From positions 10,850,001 through 10,914,000 of the forward strand of contig OZ024748.1 of assembly GCA_964016885.1 (NCBI GenBank): a stretch of 64,000 bases of DNA. Direction: 5' to 3'. The stretch is from Eledone cirrhosa (Eukaryota). Below, piece after piece: positions 42,479 to 57,211 of this stretch. Within the stretch, counting starts at the first letter, position 1; every line of letters begins with the position of its first letter. The notes under the pieces were generated by a model. It did no database searches. It was not told where the DNA came from and was given only the letters and a program-made list of their open reading frames with translations. The position numbers were made by a program, and so were the translations under genes.

Positions 42479-43325
42479 CACGCACAAACAATGTCCAATA
42501 GAAAATGGTTGAAATTCAACGCTAATCCCAGCTTCATAGATGTAATCTTTGCAACTCAAATCAGATCAATAACTTATTACTCCAATCGATACACAAGCAA
42601 AATAGAGAGAAGCGAAATCGTACATATCCACACACACACACACTTAAATACGTATATATATATATATATATATGTGTGTGCGTGTGATCAACAATTAATA
42701 TGGTCATTTGCGTTGGGACGCACACACTTCAAATTTTCACAATGCTTAAGTCAACCCAGCTTTGTTTACATACACACACATATATATATATATTATATAT
42801 ATACACATACGTACACACACACATATACATACACACACACACATGCATATATACATACACACATACATAGTTATATACACTCAGAGTGAGAGAGATGGAC
42901 ATTATTATCTAATTTAGCCAAGGTTAACTTTGCCTTTCATCCTTATGTGGTCGATAAAACAAAGTACCAGTAATGTACTGAGTAATTGTTGGCCTTGTGC
43001 CAAAAGTAGAAACAATTATTATCTAATTTAGTACTGCTACACCACCGAAGACTGGGTATTTAGCGTAGTATGTACCGGTCACGTTGCTAAATAACCCAAC
43101 AGACATTATTGTCTTACGACCAAGTCTTCCGGCCACGGTAAATATAAGACCTCGTTAGCTAACAATAAATAAGATAAAATGAAATAGAATGAAATCAACA
43201 GCAAAATAGAATATGTTGATATTTATTAATAGGTGGAGTCTTTATAATTTGTTAAAGTATCTTCTGTCGTAGTAGAAATAAAAAGCACAAATGTGAGGTA
43301 TTGAATACCCACCCTCACCTAAGCG

Positions 43326-43377
<52 letters not shown>

Positions 43378-43623
43378 GGTAATAGGGAAAAAAAGAGTCC
43401 AGATTCCTTTCTTCTGGGAATCAGGAAATGCGAGGCAAGACAAGAGTGTCCCCAAAAATGTATACATACTTCAACAGCATTCTAATAAATATTGCCTGTA
43501 CAGGTAATCGGTGTGTATACATTTTTGGGGGACACCCTGTATATATAGGTTTACGAAGCTAGTCAAAGTGAATCGGTACATGCATACATATATATATATA
43601 CACACCCCACACCCAATATACAC

Positions 43624-43662
<39 letters not shown>

Positions 43663-43689
43663 CCCCCCCCACACACCCATATACACATG

Positions 43690-43720
<31 letters not shown>

Positions 43721-43741
43721 CCCCACACCCATATACACATG

Positions 43742-43775
<34 letters not shown>

Positions 43776-44498
43776 ATATACGCATGTATATATATATATA
43801 CATATATACACCCACCCACACACACATATATATATATACACGTATATATATATATATATAAACATATATACACCTACACACACACATACGCATGTATATA
43901 TATATATACATATATACACCTACACACACACATATACACATGTATATATATATACACCTACACACACATATATATATACACATGTATATATATACATATA
44001 TACACCTACACACACATATATACACATGTATATATATATACATATATACACCTACACACACATATATACACATGTATATATATATATATATATATACATA
44101 CACCTACACACACACACATATATATATACACATTCATACATACACGCACACATACATATACACGTATATATATCACTGAAGGTATGTGTATATTATAATT
44201 ACTTTATAATTATAATATAGATTAGTAGTAGTTTAGTTAATGAAAAACGTTAATTCAAGTCATGTTGGTATAAACGAGATATTTCAGAATTCAGACATGG
44301 AACAGAGGAAGAGTCGGCGAAGATCTTTAACGATTTCTCTCGCCTCCGCAAATATCGATTTATTATAAAGCAAACGATTTCGTCTCCCATTCGATACTTA
44401 TCAAATTGTAATATGATGATGATGATGATAATAATTCTCTTTAACATTGGCACAAGGCCAGTACTTAAAACTGGTACTTTATTTTATCGACTCCCCGG

Positions 44499-44692
44499 AG
44501 ACCTGCCAACCTCTAAAAACCCAAACGGGGAGTACAATGAAAAGAAGGGCCCTAAAACGGAGAGAAATGAGGCAAAATGGGGAGATTTTACATAATAAAA
44601 GCTAAACCCATTTTCACAAGAGAAGACCTCTCTCACTCACCCACAGTGGGTGGAAGATCTCCCCCGTCGGACTGGGAGAGTTGACAAGTCTG
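44499..44692. mobile_element. Probable hAT-like MITE inserted in a SINE
   Basis: Imperfect TIRs AGACCTGCCAAC / GTTGACAAGTCT interrupt a Meta-like SINE; TSD not clean. Confidence 0.5.
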
Positions 44693-45476
44693 TCCTCAGA
44701 AAGGATCAAATGTAAAGTTGACCAGGGTGGAATTTGAACGTAAAGAGTTGTAGTAGCTAAGTGCCGCAAAGCATTTTGTACGACGCTCTACCGAATCAAC
44801 CCACCACACTTAATAAATTTTTTTTATTTAACATTAACACGTTTTTTTTTTTACAGTAAGGGGGGGGGGGGCGATTATACCGACACCAATATTTAACTGG
44901 TACTTTATTATATCAACCCCGGAAGATGAAAGGCAAAGTTGACCTCGATTAATCATTTTTTTTTATTTGACACCGAGGTATTTGATGAAGGAGACATTAC
45001 AAATACAGATTACAGCATGAAAATAGGAATTCTTTTTGAAAATCGCGTAAAAAATACACAAGGCCAGTTCTTGCCTGGTGGTGTTTTTACATCGACCTTA
45101 GAACGATGGAACGCATGATAATAATTAATAATTAATTAAAGTAATAATTAATAAACGTTTTCTTTTTATTTCCCACAAGATGATCGAGAGAAGAAACATT
45201 ACAATGACGAAACAAGCACACATTATATATATATATATATGGATTGGCAGTATCGGTTGAGGGTCGGACGCCATGCTTTCCAGCATAGTTACGTCCCTTT
45301 ACGATCTAAGTTCAAATCTCGCCGAGGTTGACTTTGCCTTTCATCCTTACGGGGTCGATAAAATAAAGTACCAGTAATGCACTGGATTATTGCTGGTCTT
45401 GTGCCTAAAGTAGAAACAATTATATATATATATATCCGTATCTAGTTGACGGCTGAGAGAAAATAGTACTCAATAT

Positions 45477-45514
45477 CTGATGAGCCTGTGATAGACAGGC
45501 GAAACTCCACAGTA
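45477..45514 (+). ncRNA. Hammerhead core lacking the 5' strand of stem I
   Basis: CTGATGA-gcctgt-gatag-acaggc-GAAACT-ccac-AGTA. Confidence 0.75.
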
Positions 45515-45724
45515 ACAAGACTCACTATTTAACAATATATATATATATATATATATATAGTGACAGTAATTACAAAATGACAAATGCATAATGAAATACG
45601 AGATAGAATTATACTATACATATATATCATCGTTATCATTAATGCACTGGGTAATTGCTGGCCTTGTGCCTAAAGTAGAAACAGTTATCATTTTAATGTC
45701 CGTTTTCCCTACCAGCACGCACGC

Positions 45725-45767
<43 letters not shown>

Positions 45768-45769
<2 letters not shown>

Positions 45770-45865
45770 GGGTGGCCCCCAAAAATGTATACACACTTCA
45801 GCATTCTAATAAATATTGACTGTATAAGTATTCAAAGTGTGTATACCTTTTGGGGGGACGCCCTG
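45768..45865. mobile_element. Tc1/mariner-type MITE (second copy about 43442-43539)
   Basis: About 35-bp TIRs CAGGGTG..CCCCAAAAATGTATACACACTT with a short shared spacer, next to TA. Confidence 0.8.
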
Positions 45866-46634
45866 TGTGTGTGTGTTAAAAAGCGGGGGAGGATGGCGAG
45901 AGACAGGGCAAATCTGGGGGAACTACAGATATACCAATTTTTAGAGATAATTGTAGTAAGTAATTTTAATTATAATGATATATTTTATTTGTCATAATAG
46001 TAATAATAAAATAAAACATTTCGTTTTAATTTTAGAGAAATCTCCATCGCCGACAATGTTGGTTGAAGGAAGAATCGGTAGAAAGCCGGCCAAGTGAAGA
46101 AATTTCTGCTCAATGGCTTTCGTCGTCAACGTCATATGAGAGAGGAAGAGATGGAGAGCAAGTCAAGTGAGAGAGAACCACTTTCACCTGTCGATATCAT
46201 ATGAGATAGTGAAAGAGAGAGAAACAGTGAGAGGGCATGAAAGAGCGAGAGAGGGTGGAGGAACACCTGTATCGATTAATATCTTCAGACTAGAATTCTT
46301 AGAGATTGTCAGACCAAAGTCATAGAACGGGACATGTATTTTATAAGACAGTCGGTGGTGGGTTAGAAATAGATAGACGGGCTGATAGACAGAGGGTCGT
46401 ACATGAAGATAAATAGACGGCCAGCGAAACAGAGAGATAAAGACTGAGACAGACAGACAGATAGATGGCAGACTGACAGATACACAGACGAACTGAGATA
46501 AGCAGACATAGTTTAGATAGATAGCTTCTTAGTCTAAATGAAAAATTAAGACATTTTAACTAAACGAGGCGGGTCTTCTTTTAATAATGTATTTCCTTTT
46601 TCTGCTTCGATTTCTATTAGTGTAAATAATGCTA

Positions 46635-46668
<34 letters not shown>

Positions 46669-47138
46669 ATGTGTATATCCGTGTATAGTTGACGGCTGAG
46701 AGAAAAGAATACTCAATACCGAAGTAGAGTTTAAATGTTCCTTTTATTAAGTGTGTGTGTGTGTGTGTGTGTACGGCAGTGTCTCATCCAAGAGAGTTGG
46801 TTCATAGATAAGTAATGCTTAAATCGCATCTTAAACTACATGTCATTCAGAAAGAGAGACAGCCAGATATGAAAAGAGAAACCACATTTAAGTGGCTTTG
46901 TTTTTATTTTTAAAATTGATAGAAAGGACATTTCTTCTATGCTAAATGATTGACCACTAATAACAAGATATCCGGTGGTGAGTGTGTGCGCGTTAGTATG
47001 TATGTACGTGTGTGATCAATTATGTGTTAAAGGAAGGTAAACTTGTCGAAAAGGTGAATGAACTTCAGAGAAAACTACAAAGCTTATTTATCCTCGACGT
47101 ATGTCGGCTAACCCTAACACATATGTATGCGCGCGCGT

Positions 47139-47179
<41 letters not shown>

Positions 47180-50100
47180 ATCATTTACTAAGATTACAAA
47201 TAATTATATTTATTACTGAAATTACAAATAAATTATATTTTATAACCTACTTTGGTACTGAGCACTTTTCCTCATGTTTGCAAATCCTAACGTACAAGCA
47301 TTGCACACACACACACACACACGCATATATATAATGCATTGTTGCACTATATGTACGTGTGTATGTTACACTACATATAAATAAGTGTGCGTGTGTGTGT
47401 GTAGAGGCACTTGTTAACGAAGAGGGGAAAGGCCAGGAGGAAGAGAAAATAGTCATGAAATCTACAGATAGACACATACGTACATAGACAGACACACGTC
47501 CACCGATAGACACACACACACATACGTACACAGATAGACACACACGTCCATCGACAGACAAACCCATCCACCGATAAACACACACGTACGTTAAACCACT
47601 GACAATTCGAGACGATATAGCCTCTACGCGGTCGCTCGACCTGCTAGAAATAGTAATAAAATATTTCCCCCAAAACCACATCATAAAGAAGCAAATACAC
47701 ATTACATAAAGTGTATTTGCTAAATAAACACCGAGACGGGATGATCACGGCTGGATTATCTTTGATCATAGATAGGTCTGCTCATTTTCAAGGTTGACTG
47801 GGGTTAATTACTTAACCTAAGGACAAAATTAACAACTATGATACAACCACTAACAACGAAACCAACTAGGAAGCCCTTACGTGGTCGAGCAACCTGTTAC
47901 TAGTAGAAATAGCAGACAATTTCCCCTCAAATCACACCACAACACTTCATTAGTTGAGAGTTTTGCCAGGTTGTCTATGCACTTTATTTGGTGTTTTCTG
48001 TTCGCTTCTACTCAGCATCAACTGTATTTTAGTCCATTCATCTTATAAATACCTGTCATTATATTTTATTAATTTTTTTATTGTCATTTACTCTTGTGGC
48101 GTTTACTACATAACATGACCTGACAAATTATTCCAGTCATTATTCATTCTATGAGTAAAGAATATAAATATTCTCCTGATAAGGACACCTTTGATAAAGC
48201 AATTTATATAAATATATATATATATAATCATCATCATCGTTTAACATCCATTTTCCACGCTAATACGTACGTACATACATACACACACACACATATACAA
48301 TATATATTTGTGTGTTGAGCAACCGCTTCTTTCCGAGGCTGGCAAAAACACTATAAGCCTCTCTCTCCTCTCCTTTGAGAATTGATTGTATAGTTCTACA
48401 TTTTATATATATATATATATATAAACAGAGATATATATGCATACAAAAAATATACGAGTTGTTTTTAGAATTGGTAACCACAGACAAACACCTCTGAGTA
48501 TCTTGCATAAAATACATCACAAGAGACGAGACGGAGAGATTTCCACTCGAGACAGTAAAACAAGCGATTTTCGTCTGTAGTAAGGTTTCTACGAGAGGAA
48601 GAGACTGAATCTAATCTAACATGAGATGGAAAGATAGAAAAATAAATAAATGATAAATAATGAAATAAATAAAAAGATGGAACGAAAACATGTTTATGGC
48701 ATGTCATCGAAGGTAAATTCCAGTTGACAGGTTGTTGTCGGTGATGGTAGTGATGGTGTCTGTGGTGTTTAGCCCCTCCTCTTGTGTCAGACCTGATTGA
48801 GCATTAGTGATATGATCAAAGGCGTTTCAGACACGACCATCTCGTCCTTTTGAAGTGTTTATGTGATGGTGTTCAATACGACACGAATTACATACACACA
48901 CATACATACATACATTACGCAATGTATCTTTTCCTTATTTAAGGTTTTGAGGGTGAATTGTCTGATGTTGCTATTTCTAGCAGGTCTAGCGATCTCACTG
49001 CGGTTTTCCCCATGAAAAATGTAGAAATGTGTAGGTGGTATATTTCAACCACCATGTCAATCTAGTAGCAAGACAAATAATATCACTGTCTTCCACCTTA
49101 ACGCCAGCTTTATCAACAGAAATCAGTATCGACTTCAGAAACATGAAAAGACCGATACGACTTTGTTTTTCCACCATTCATCAAAATACAAGTCAAATCT
49201 TGGGGGTTAAATCCACTACATAACTAAAAAAAAACACATAATAAATAAATAAATAAATTGTGTGGCCTTGTGCCTATGCTAGGAATCAATTTTATCATTT
49301 TATCGATCTCGAAAAACGATAGGCCGAAGTCTACTTCGTTTTTCATCATTCAATAAGGGTCGTTAAAATATAGTACCTGTCATTTCACGGATGGGTTTTT
49401 GGTGTAAGGTTGGGAGGCTAAATCCACAACACACCTAAAATAATGTATGACCTTGTGCCTATGTTTGAAATCAATTTTATTATTTTATCGACCTCGAAAG
49501 AATGATAGGCCGGGGTCGACTTTGCTTTGCTTTGCTTGTTCATCGTTCAGAGGTCGATGAAATGAAGTAATCACCACTAGTGGATAAGCTGTTTATATAT
49601 ATAATATATATATAGTTTAATAAATAAACAGAACAAAAAACAGAAAAACGAAGAGGCTGTACATATGATATTAGTATTAGTTTCATGCTTGAGAGTGGGG
49701 GGTATATATACATATATATTATACATATATATACATACATATATATTATACACACATATATATACACACACATATATATACACACATACATATATATACA
49801 CATACATATATATACATACATACATACATATACATACATATACATACATACATATACATACACATACATATATACACACATATATATACACACATACATA
49901 TACACACATACACATACATATATATACACATACATATATACACATATATATATACATATATATATATATACATATATATATACATACATATACATATATA
50001 TACATACATATACATATATATACACATATATATATACATATATACACGCATATATATACATACATATATATAGATATACATACGTGCATATATATATACA

Positions 50101-50347
50101 TACATATATGTACATACATGCATATATATTTTCTATACCTTTCATTTATACATATGCATATATATACATATGCATATATATGTGCATATATATATATATG
50201 CATATATATATATATATATGCATATATATATATGCATATATATATATACATATGCATATATATATATGCATATATATATATATGTACATACATACATATA
50301 TATACAAATACATATACACACACATATATGCACATACAAATACTCAC

Positions 50348-50381
<34 letters not shown>

Positions 50382-50705
50382 TCATTTATATTCACACACA
50401 CACATATATTTATATACATACATCGACTAGAGCCTTCTCACCAGCATGTTTGCCTTGTACCTCTTCTACGAATCATTGTTGTTATTAATTATTATTATTA
50501 CTACTACTACATGTATTCATATACTACATATACCCAATTTGTATACTATATATATATTACTTAATTTTTCTTATTTCCATGTAACACCCCACCCCCACCT
50601 TCATGTTCTACCTTGTTTTTGTAATAGTCTCTTCGTCCGATGCCCTTATGGCAAATAAAAGAAATCACACTCATCATCATTATTATTATTACTACTACGA
50701 CTTAC

Positions 50706-50792
50706 CGTAAAGTGTATTCCTTCAACGCTCCCAACTGCAAAACATTGGTCACCTGAATTACAGGCGCCAGTTAAAACTTGATGACGATTCAT
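50706..50792 (-). CDS. DMXL: DmX-like protein (Rabconnectin-3 alpha), coding exon 1
   Basis: ATG at 50792 reads MNRHQVLTGACNSGDQCFAVGSVEGIHFT, then a GTAAG donor (87 bp, phase 0). Recognisable as the DMXL1/2 N-terminus (MxxHQVLTGAxNxGD). Confidence 0.95.
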
Positions 50793-50995
50793 CTCAGTTG
50801 GTTGTTTCTAGTATATATATGTATACATAAATACATACATACACATATATAGATATATATGTGTGTGTATATATATATATAAATAAATATGTGTTTGTGA
50901 AAGGAGAGCTATTTTACAATATCAGGTATATTCCATCGGTTGTTAATAATCCAGTCTGGAAACATCGGAAAACACAAGTGATCCCTCCACCGTAA

Positions 50996-51006
50996 GCGGC
51001 CATTTT
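50996..51006 (-). promoter_or_regulatory. YY1-like motif (AAAATGGCCGC) near the DMXL start
   Basis: Consensus-like site about 200 bp upstream of the DMXL ATG, in a locally CpG-richer region. Confidence 0.35.
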
Positions 51007-54000
51007 GATGCTGCTCCTAATAAGAAATCTTTTAAAGCCAAACACACACAGCAACAAGTTCTCAGTTTATGATTTTTTTATCGGCATGTCACAATAAAAT
51101 TCATACGAATATATATATATATATTTTAAAATGTCGTTTACTCTGAATGTGATTAGAAGAGAAATAATATATACGAAAATCTCCTGATCTGTCAAAATAA
51201 AAAAAAAGTACTAAAAAAAAAATGCGTGACAAGTCAGTAAAGGGGGGTAACTCTAAAATATTTCCCGAATTATATCAGTTCGACTTATTTTCTGTTTGAC
51301 TTTTCTTCGAGATCTTTCCTATTTAATACTTGTAATATATTTCTTATATTCCGATAGAAAGAAATATTTTGTCCATTTCCTATTAAGGCTCTATTTTGTC
51401 CTATGAGGCTTAACTGTGCTTGAAGGAATCAATGAAGATGCTCAATGAATTAATTATGATTAGATATGGTATCTTAAAGACTTAGGCGGCCTCAGCAATG
51501 CGAAAGTGCTAATATTTATAATGCTTGTTTTTTGTTTATATATGTACAAGAGCTTTTTTTAATTTTTGTTTTTTGAGGTAGCATATAGTTAAAGGAATAT
51601 ATCTCGGTATATTGTACTTATTTTATTAACCACTGTGGCATTTAAACTAAACACTTTGTGAGACGAGACTAAATATTTTGTTAATCGTTTTAAGTTAAGC
51701 GCTATTGTGAATGTATATATATATATATAATATGCATGTATTAGCAACACTGGTAAACATTTTCTTTCTTTATATGAATACAACGTATTTTTGCTTTTAA
51801 AGAAAATTCGACAAATTACGTTTTGATGTTTATATTCCGTATATTTTATAAGTTGCAGGATAATATGAGTACTATTCCGTCATCACCTTGTGAAACCAGG
51901 TCTTGTATATTCTAGATGTTCTTATTTATTCCAAGAGGCAAGTTATGACAAATAAATCGATGTTATAAATCCATAGAAAATTAATCAAAAGAAAGTGTTT
52001 CGTTATCGTTGTCTACAGGATGATTTCGAGGAATTGACATTGAAACCTCTTAAAATCTAAGTCATCATGTGATGTTTATTGTTTAAAACAATTCGACAAC
52101 AGATCAAAGTCTCCTCTCTCTCTCTCCAGCTCTAGTACAGATAGTAAATATAATTGTACTTCGTTTGTTCGTTAGCCTAATCTGTTCTCTGTGTGTTTGT
52201 CCACCACCACAACCTAATTTATAGTTTCCATCCAGACAGTCACCCATGTACCCCGAACTCTTGTAGTAGTCGCAGGGACACTGTCGTGAGTTGCTGTGTG
52301 TCTCGGGAATTTAAGCCTGGCGGAGCCCATCCATCTCCATGTTTGAACACAACCAATTTCTTCCAGAGAAATATATATAGAGAGAGAATCGACCCCAGTA
52401 TTGGACTTATATATTATTGACCCTGAAAATCAAAGTTGAACTCTCTTCAAGGCCACCTTTACGACCCTACAGTTATTCCCCTCCACCTCAACTTAGGATG
52501 ACACCTTCGGCAAACATGTAGTTGACCCCTTACACTCACCCTCCACTCTTATCATTGTTTTCCCAACTTGGCTGAGGACACTAGTGCCCTAGTGTTGCAA
52601 TGTGTTAGTGCTGGTGTCACAATAAAGTTCACTCGGCCCACACTGTAAAGTGGTAGTGCTGGTGTCACAATAAAGTGCATAGCCCACACTGTCAAGTGGT
52701 AGTGCTGGTGTCACAATAAAGTGTACTCAGCCCATACTGGTAAGTAGTAGTGTTGATGCCACAATGAAAAGCACCCAGTCATCCTGTCAGGTGGTAGTGC
52801 TGGTGCCACAGCAAAATACACTCAGTACACACTGTAAAATGCTTGGTGTTAGGAATGGCACCCAGCCATAGAAACCATGCCAGAATGACTCATGAATAAG
52901 ATACAGTCATCTGACTTGTCTAGTCTCAGCATGTGACAACCCATCTAAACCATGCAAGCACAATCAATAGACAAAAAATGGCGATGATGATGATATTAGA
53001 TCTTTTATTGAATTTTTATTAAAAGACACCTTATCTCACGAAAACCCATAATTTTTTCGTGCAACCTATATTGGAAACACCTGTTGTAGAATATACATGT
53101 GTTGTTGACCAATATTTTCCTGTCTGGTTTTGTTTTGTACAGTGTAGTGTACATTGCCAGCAAACTGAAGGACTGCCCTTTATGGCACACACTCTAGCTA
53201 CATCACTGTTTAGAAGGCTTTTCTATCATTCTTTTTACTGGATTCAGTCATTAGAGTGTGACCATACTGGGGCACTACTTTAAAGGGATTTAGTTGATCA
53301 GATTGAGCCCAGTAGGTTTTTTTCTCAAATCTGGTACTTATTTTATCAATCTCTTTTTATCAAACCATTAAATTATGACACACACACACACACACACATG
53401 TATGATGAGCTTCTGCAGTTTCTGTCTACCAATTTTCACTCACAAGGTATTGGTCAACACAAAGCTACACCTGGAGAATTAAAAGGAATGTTCATAAAGA
53501 TAACAATCATAGTTATTTACATACACAATTTTTTAAAATTTTATTTCATAAATACTAACAAAAAATTGATTTCTTCCAATCTTGACAGTAAAATAATTCA
53601 GCATGGTTCATGAAAACAGGTTAAATCAAGATGGAATTCAAGTCGAGAATTTAATGTTTAAAATATTGGGGAAGGATGGCGCAGGAGAATAACAAATCTT
53701 ATTTTGCCACATCAATTAAGACAAAGTTTGCATAAACTAGTTTGTGGAAAGTGTATATCAATAAATCAATAAGATAAAGCAATATAGCTTATAATGAAGC
53801 ATTGTGAGATGTGGTCAGGATTGCTTTCAGAAAACTGCAACAATCCAAATTAAAAAGACATGAGTGAAAACTAGAATAAAGTAAAACAAAACAAAAGAAC
53901 AGTTTACATTTTTACCTTATGACAACAACAATATCATCATCATCATCATCATCCATCCAACCATTTTTCCATGCTAGCATTGGTTAGACGAGTTGTGTCA

Positions 54001-54152
54001 TTGAGAGCCAAGTAAGATCAGATGACCGTGTCTTGCTCATACAAAACTGTTGCTAGCTTGGTTTCTACAGTTGGATGTCCTTTCTAATGCTATCCACATT
54101 TACAGTATGATGTTATAGAAATTTGTTATGGAAAATGCACAGGTATATATAT

Positions 54153-54505
54153 ACACACATAACATTGAATTTAAAATCGATTGACATATATATATGAAAT
54201 AAACACGTCAAACAATTACAGGGGATAATTTGTAAAGAGTGTAAACATACATAGTTACGGAGGTGGTATGGCGCATGTTTCTGATATTCTCAGACATGAC
54301 ATCATTAATTTAATTTTGGTAGTATATATATATATACTACCAAAATTAAATTAATGTCATGTCTGAGAATATCAGAAACATGCGCCATACCACCTCCGTA
54401 ACTATGTATGTTTACACTCTTTACAAATTATCCCCTGTAATTGTTTGATGTGTTTATTTCATATATATATGTCAATCGATTTTAAATTCAATGTTGCATG
54501 TGTGT
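54153..54505. repeat. Near-perfect palindrome of about 350 bp (fold-back PLE-like)
   Basis: Arms of about 170 bp centred on a (TA)n at 54329; decayed TTAATGA..GAAAC-atgc-GCC hammerhead-like motif. Confidence 0.85.
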
Positions 54506-54593
54506 TATGGAAATATATATCAATTAAAAGTAGTTAATTCACTATAATTGTCTTTGTATTACACATACACACAATGTTCTTTCCACCAAGCAT

Positions 54594-54829
54594 TTACCAA
54601 ACTATAATCTCACACATAAACAACCCTAATTGGGTTCTGTTATTGCAGTCAACTGTGTTCCATTTGTGTTGAAAGTTTGGATCCAAAGCTACACATTTCT
54701 GACTATCAACAGAATTTACTGCAGAACTGTTCTGCCAATCAGAAAATGTGAGTGCCTGACCATTCTGCCATACAAAGGAATTACTGTCGTTTTTACTCAC
54801 TCCGATATGGAACCATTCGTACATGAAAG
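54594..54829 (-). CDS. PAN + C-type lectin protein, terminal exon (CTLD C-half)
   Basis: TTTACAG | (P)FMYEWFHIGVSK..FVWQNG..FSDW..QKCVALD..KWNTVDCNNRTQLGLFMCE..*; phase 1 matches exon 2. Confidence 0.9.
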
Positions 54830-55211
54830 CTGTAAAGAAATGTAAATCATACAAACAGTCAATTGTGAAAGCATGTTTCAACTTGCATATTTTAATACCA
54901 TAAAAAATAGTTAGACCCAAAACATGGTTTAGATGGGAAATTGGCAGAGTTCATAGGGCATCAAAAGGAATAATTTGTGGAATTTGTTCTTATTCTGTGT
55001 GTACTGAGCTCAAATCCTGCAAAGGCCAACTTTGCCTTTCATCCTTTTAAGGTAGATAAATAAAGTGCCAGTCCAGGGATGGTAAATTTAGTGGGATTGT
55101 TAAATTGTTGGCTATGATGCCATGCAGTATCTCTTTCTACTATCTGTGTAGTACAGAGAATTCCTACAATATCACCAGTGTCAAGCTAGAACAAGGCTCA
55201 GGCCAGATTTG

Positions 55212-55247
<36 letters not shown>

Positions 55248-55431
55248 AAGGTATATATTGAGTTAGAAACTCAAAATAGTCTCTTACAATTAAATAGCTC
55301 AAGGAAAGAGATTTTTCCGAGCCGTGTAATATAATTGAATATAAAAGAGAGATAAACACAGATATATACATATACGATTTGAACAAATATATGTATATAT
55401 CTGTGTTTATCTCTCTTTTATATTCAATTAT

Positions 55432-55462
<31 letters not shown>

Positions 55463-55856
55463 TGGATTTTAGTCTTCAAATTTATTATTATTACTATATA
55501 TAATATATATATATATATATATAAATGTATTTATATATATATATATGTATTTATATATATATGTATGTAAATATATATATATGTGTGTGTATATACATAT
55601 ATATGTGTGTGTATACATATATATATATATGTGTGTGTATATATATATATATATATGTGTGCATATATATATTTATATATGTGTATATATATATATATGT
55701 GTGTGTGTGTGAGGAAATACTGTATATATTTTATCTAATAGTTCTTGAGACTTGCAATTTTATAGATGTGCGTGTATATATATATATATATATATATATC
55801 ATCATCATCATCATTTTACGTTTGCTTTTCCCTGCTTGCAAGGGTGGGAATATATA

Positions 55857-55912
<56 letters not shown>

Positions 55913-56223
55913 CAAAATAAATGAGGGAGATGCAATACGTCTATTTGGCTTAGACTTGCTCTGCTTGCTTTCTTCATTAAATATTTACCCCTCTTTAATA
56001 TTTAACACTGCAACCCTTATCATTGAGCACACCTCACTTCGGCTATCGACATCTAGTATACTGTATCACACTTTTTTTCTCTCTCGTCTTTTCTTATGAT
56101 ACCGCTTTAATATATATATATATATATAGAGAAAAGATTTTCCTATTACCCACTCTACTACCATAAGTACTGAGTACTCTGGGGCGTTATGGTCCACCTG
56201 GTTCCTTACCACACTTTCTTTGT

Positions 56224-56265
<42 letters not shown>

Positions 56266-56628
56266 ATACAATAACAGAGATAGTTTAAAGCTAAACTCTG
56301 ACTGGTAACCATCTCACTCAACAAACATTAGGTTATATTAAAATATAAACCCAATTTAAGTGTTTGGAGTGCTAACAAAATGTATAATGTGGAAAAACCA
56401 GTTGTATTATTTTATGAGATATAATTAAAGTTAAAGTATATCTCTTATATATATATATATATATATATATAAGTTATCCCGAGGTCAATCGGGGCTAACC
56501 ACAGTAAGTAAGGTACTCAATACAGTGCAGAGTATAAATGTTTAATACTTCCTGGTGATTTCTCACGAATGAAACAGTTCTAGTCCTGTAGAAGCTTTTC
56601 TATATTAAATATATATATATTTTTTTTT

Positions 56629-56845
56629 AACGATTGACTTTCGTCAAATCGGACCGAGGGAACAATGTTTCCGTCGGTCTTTCCAATTGCTAATACTATC
56701 TATCGGTCGCAACTCCAGGTAGAAGGAGCAACGTGAAATAAAGTGTCTTGCTCAAGGACATAACGCATCGCCTGGTCCAGGAATCGAACTCACAACCTTA
56801 CGATTGCGAATCCAATTCTCTAACCACTCAGCCACACGCCTCCAC
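56629..56845 (-). mobile_element. tRNA/CORE SINE subfamily with a distinct structured 3' tail
   Basis: Copy at 32904-33120 (-), diverged copy at about 34290-34470 (+), and a tail fragment at about 35735-35790. Confidence 0.75.
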
Positions 56846-56987
56846 TAAATATATATATATATAAAACCAATATAATCAATAAATAAAGTTTTACAATAGA
56901 TTAGAAGCCCTCAACAAAGAGGTTTTCTGGAGTTATTAATATTACTTCAAAATATTAATAAATATAGACATTCATGGGATCAAATAT

Positions 56988-57051
56988 ATTTTATTATACA
57001 TATTTCAGAGGTACTGAGCTATTTCATCAGTACGTCCTCATCAGATAAAAT
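56988..57051 (-). ncRNA. Type-I hammerhead motif (mirror copy)
   Basis: Reverse complement of 57148-57211. Confidence 0.85.
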
Positions 57052-57147
57052 ACATTGATGTCTGACATACCTCAACTGTGCTGATGGCTCAATGCCAAGA
57101 CTGGAATTGAACCATCAGCACAGTTGAGGTATGTCAAACATCAATTT

Positions 57148-57211
57148 ATTTTATCTGATGAGGACGTACTGATGAAATAGCTCAGTACCTCTGAAATATG
57201 TATAATAAAAT
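57148..57211 (+). ncRNA. Type-I hammerhead motif
   Basis: attttat-CTGATGA-ggac-gtactga-tgaaatagc-tcagtac-ctct-GAAAT-atgt-ATA-ataaaat; stem I is 7 bp. Confidence 0.85.
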
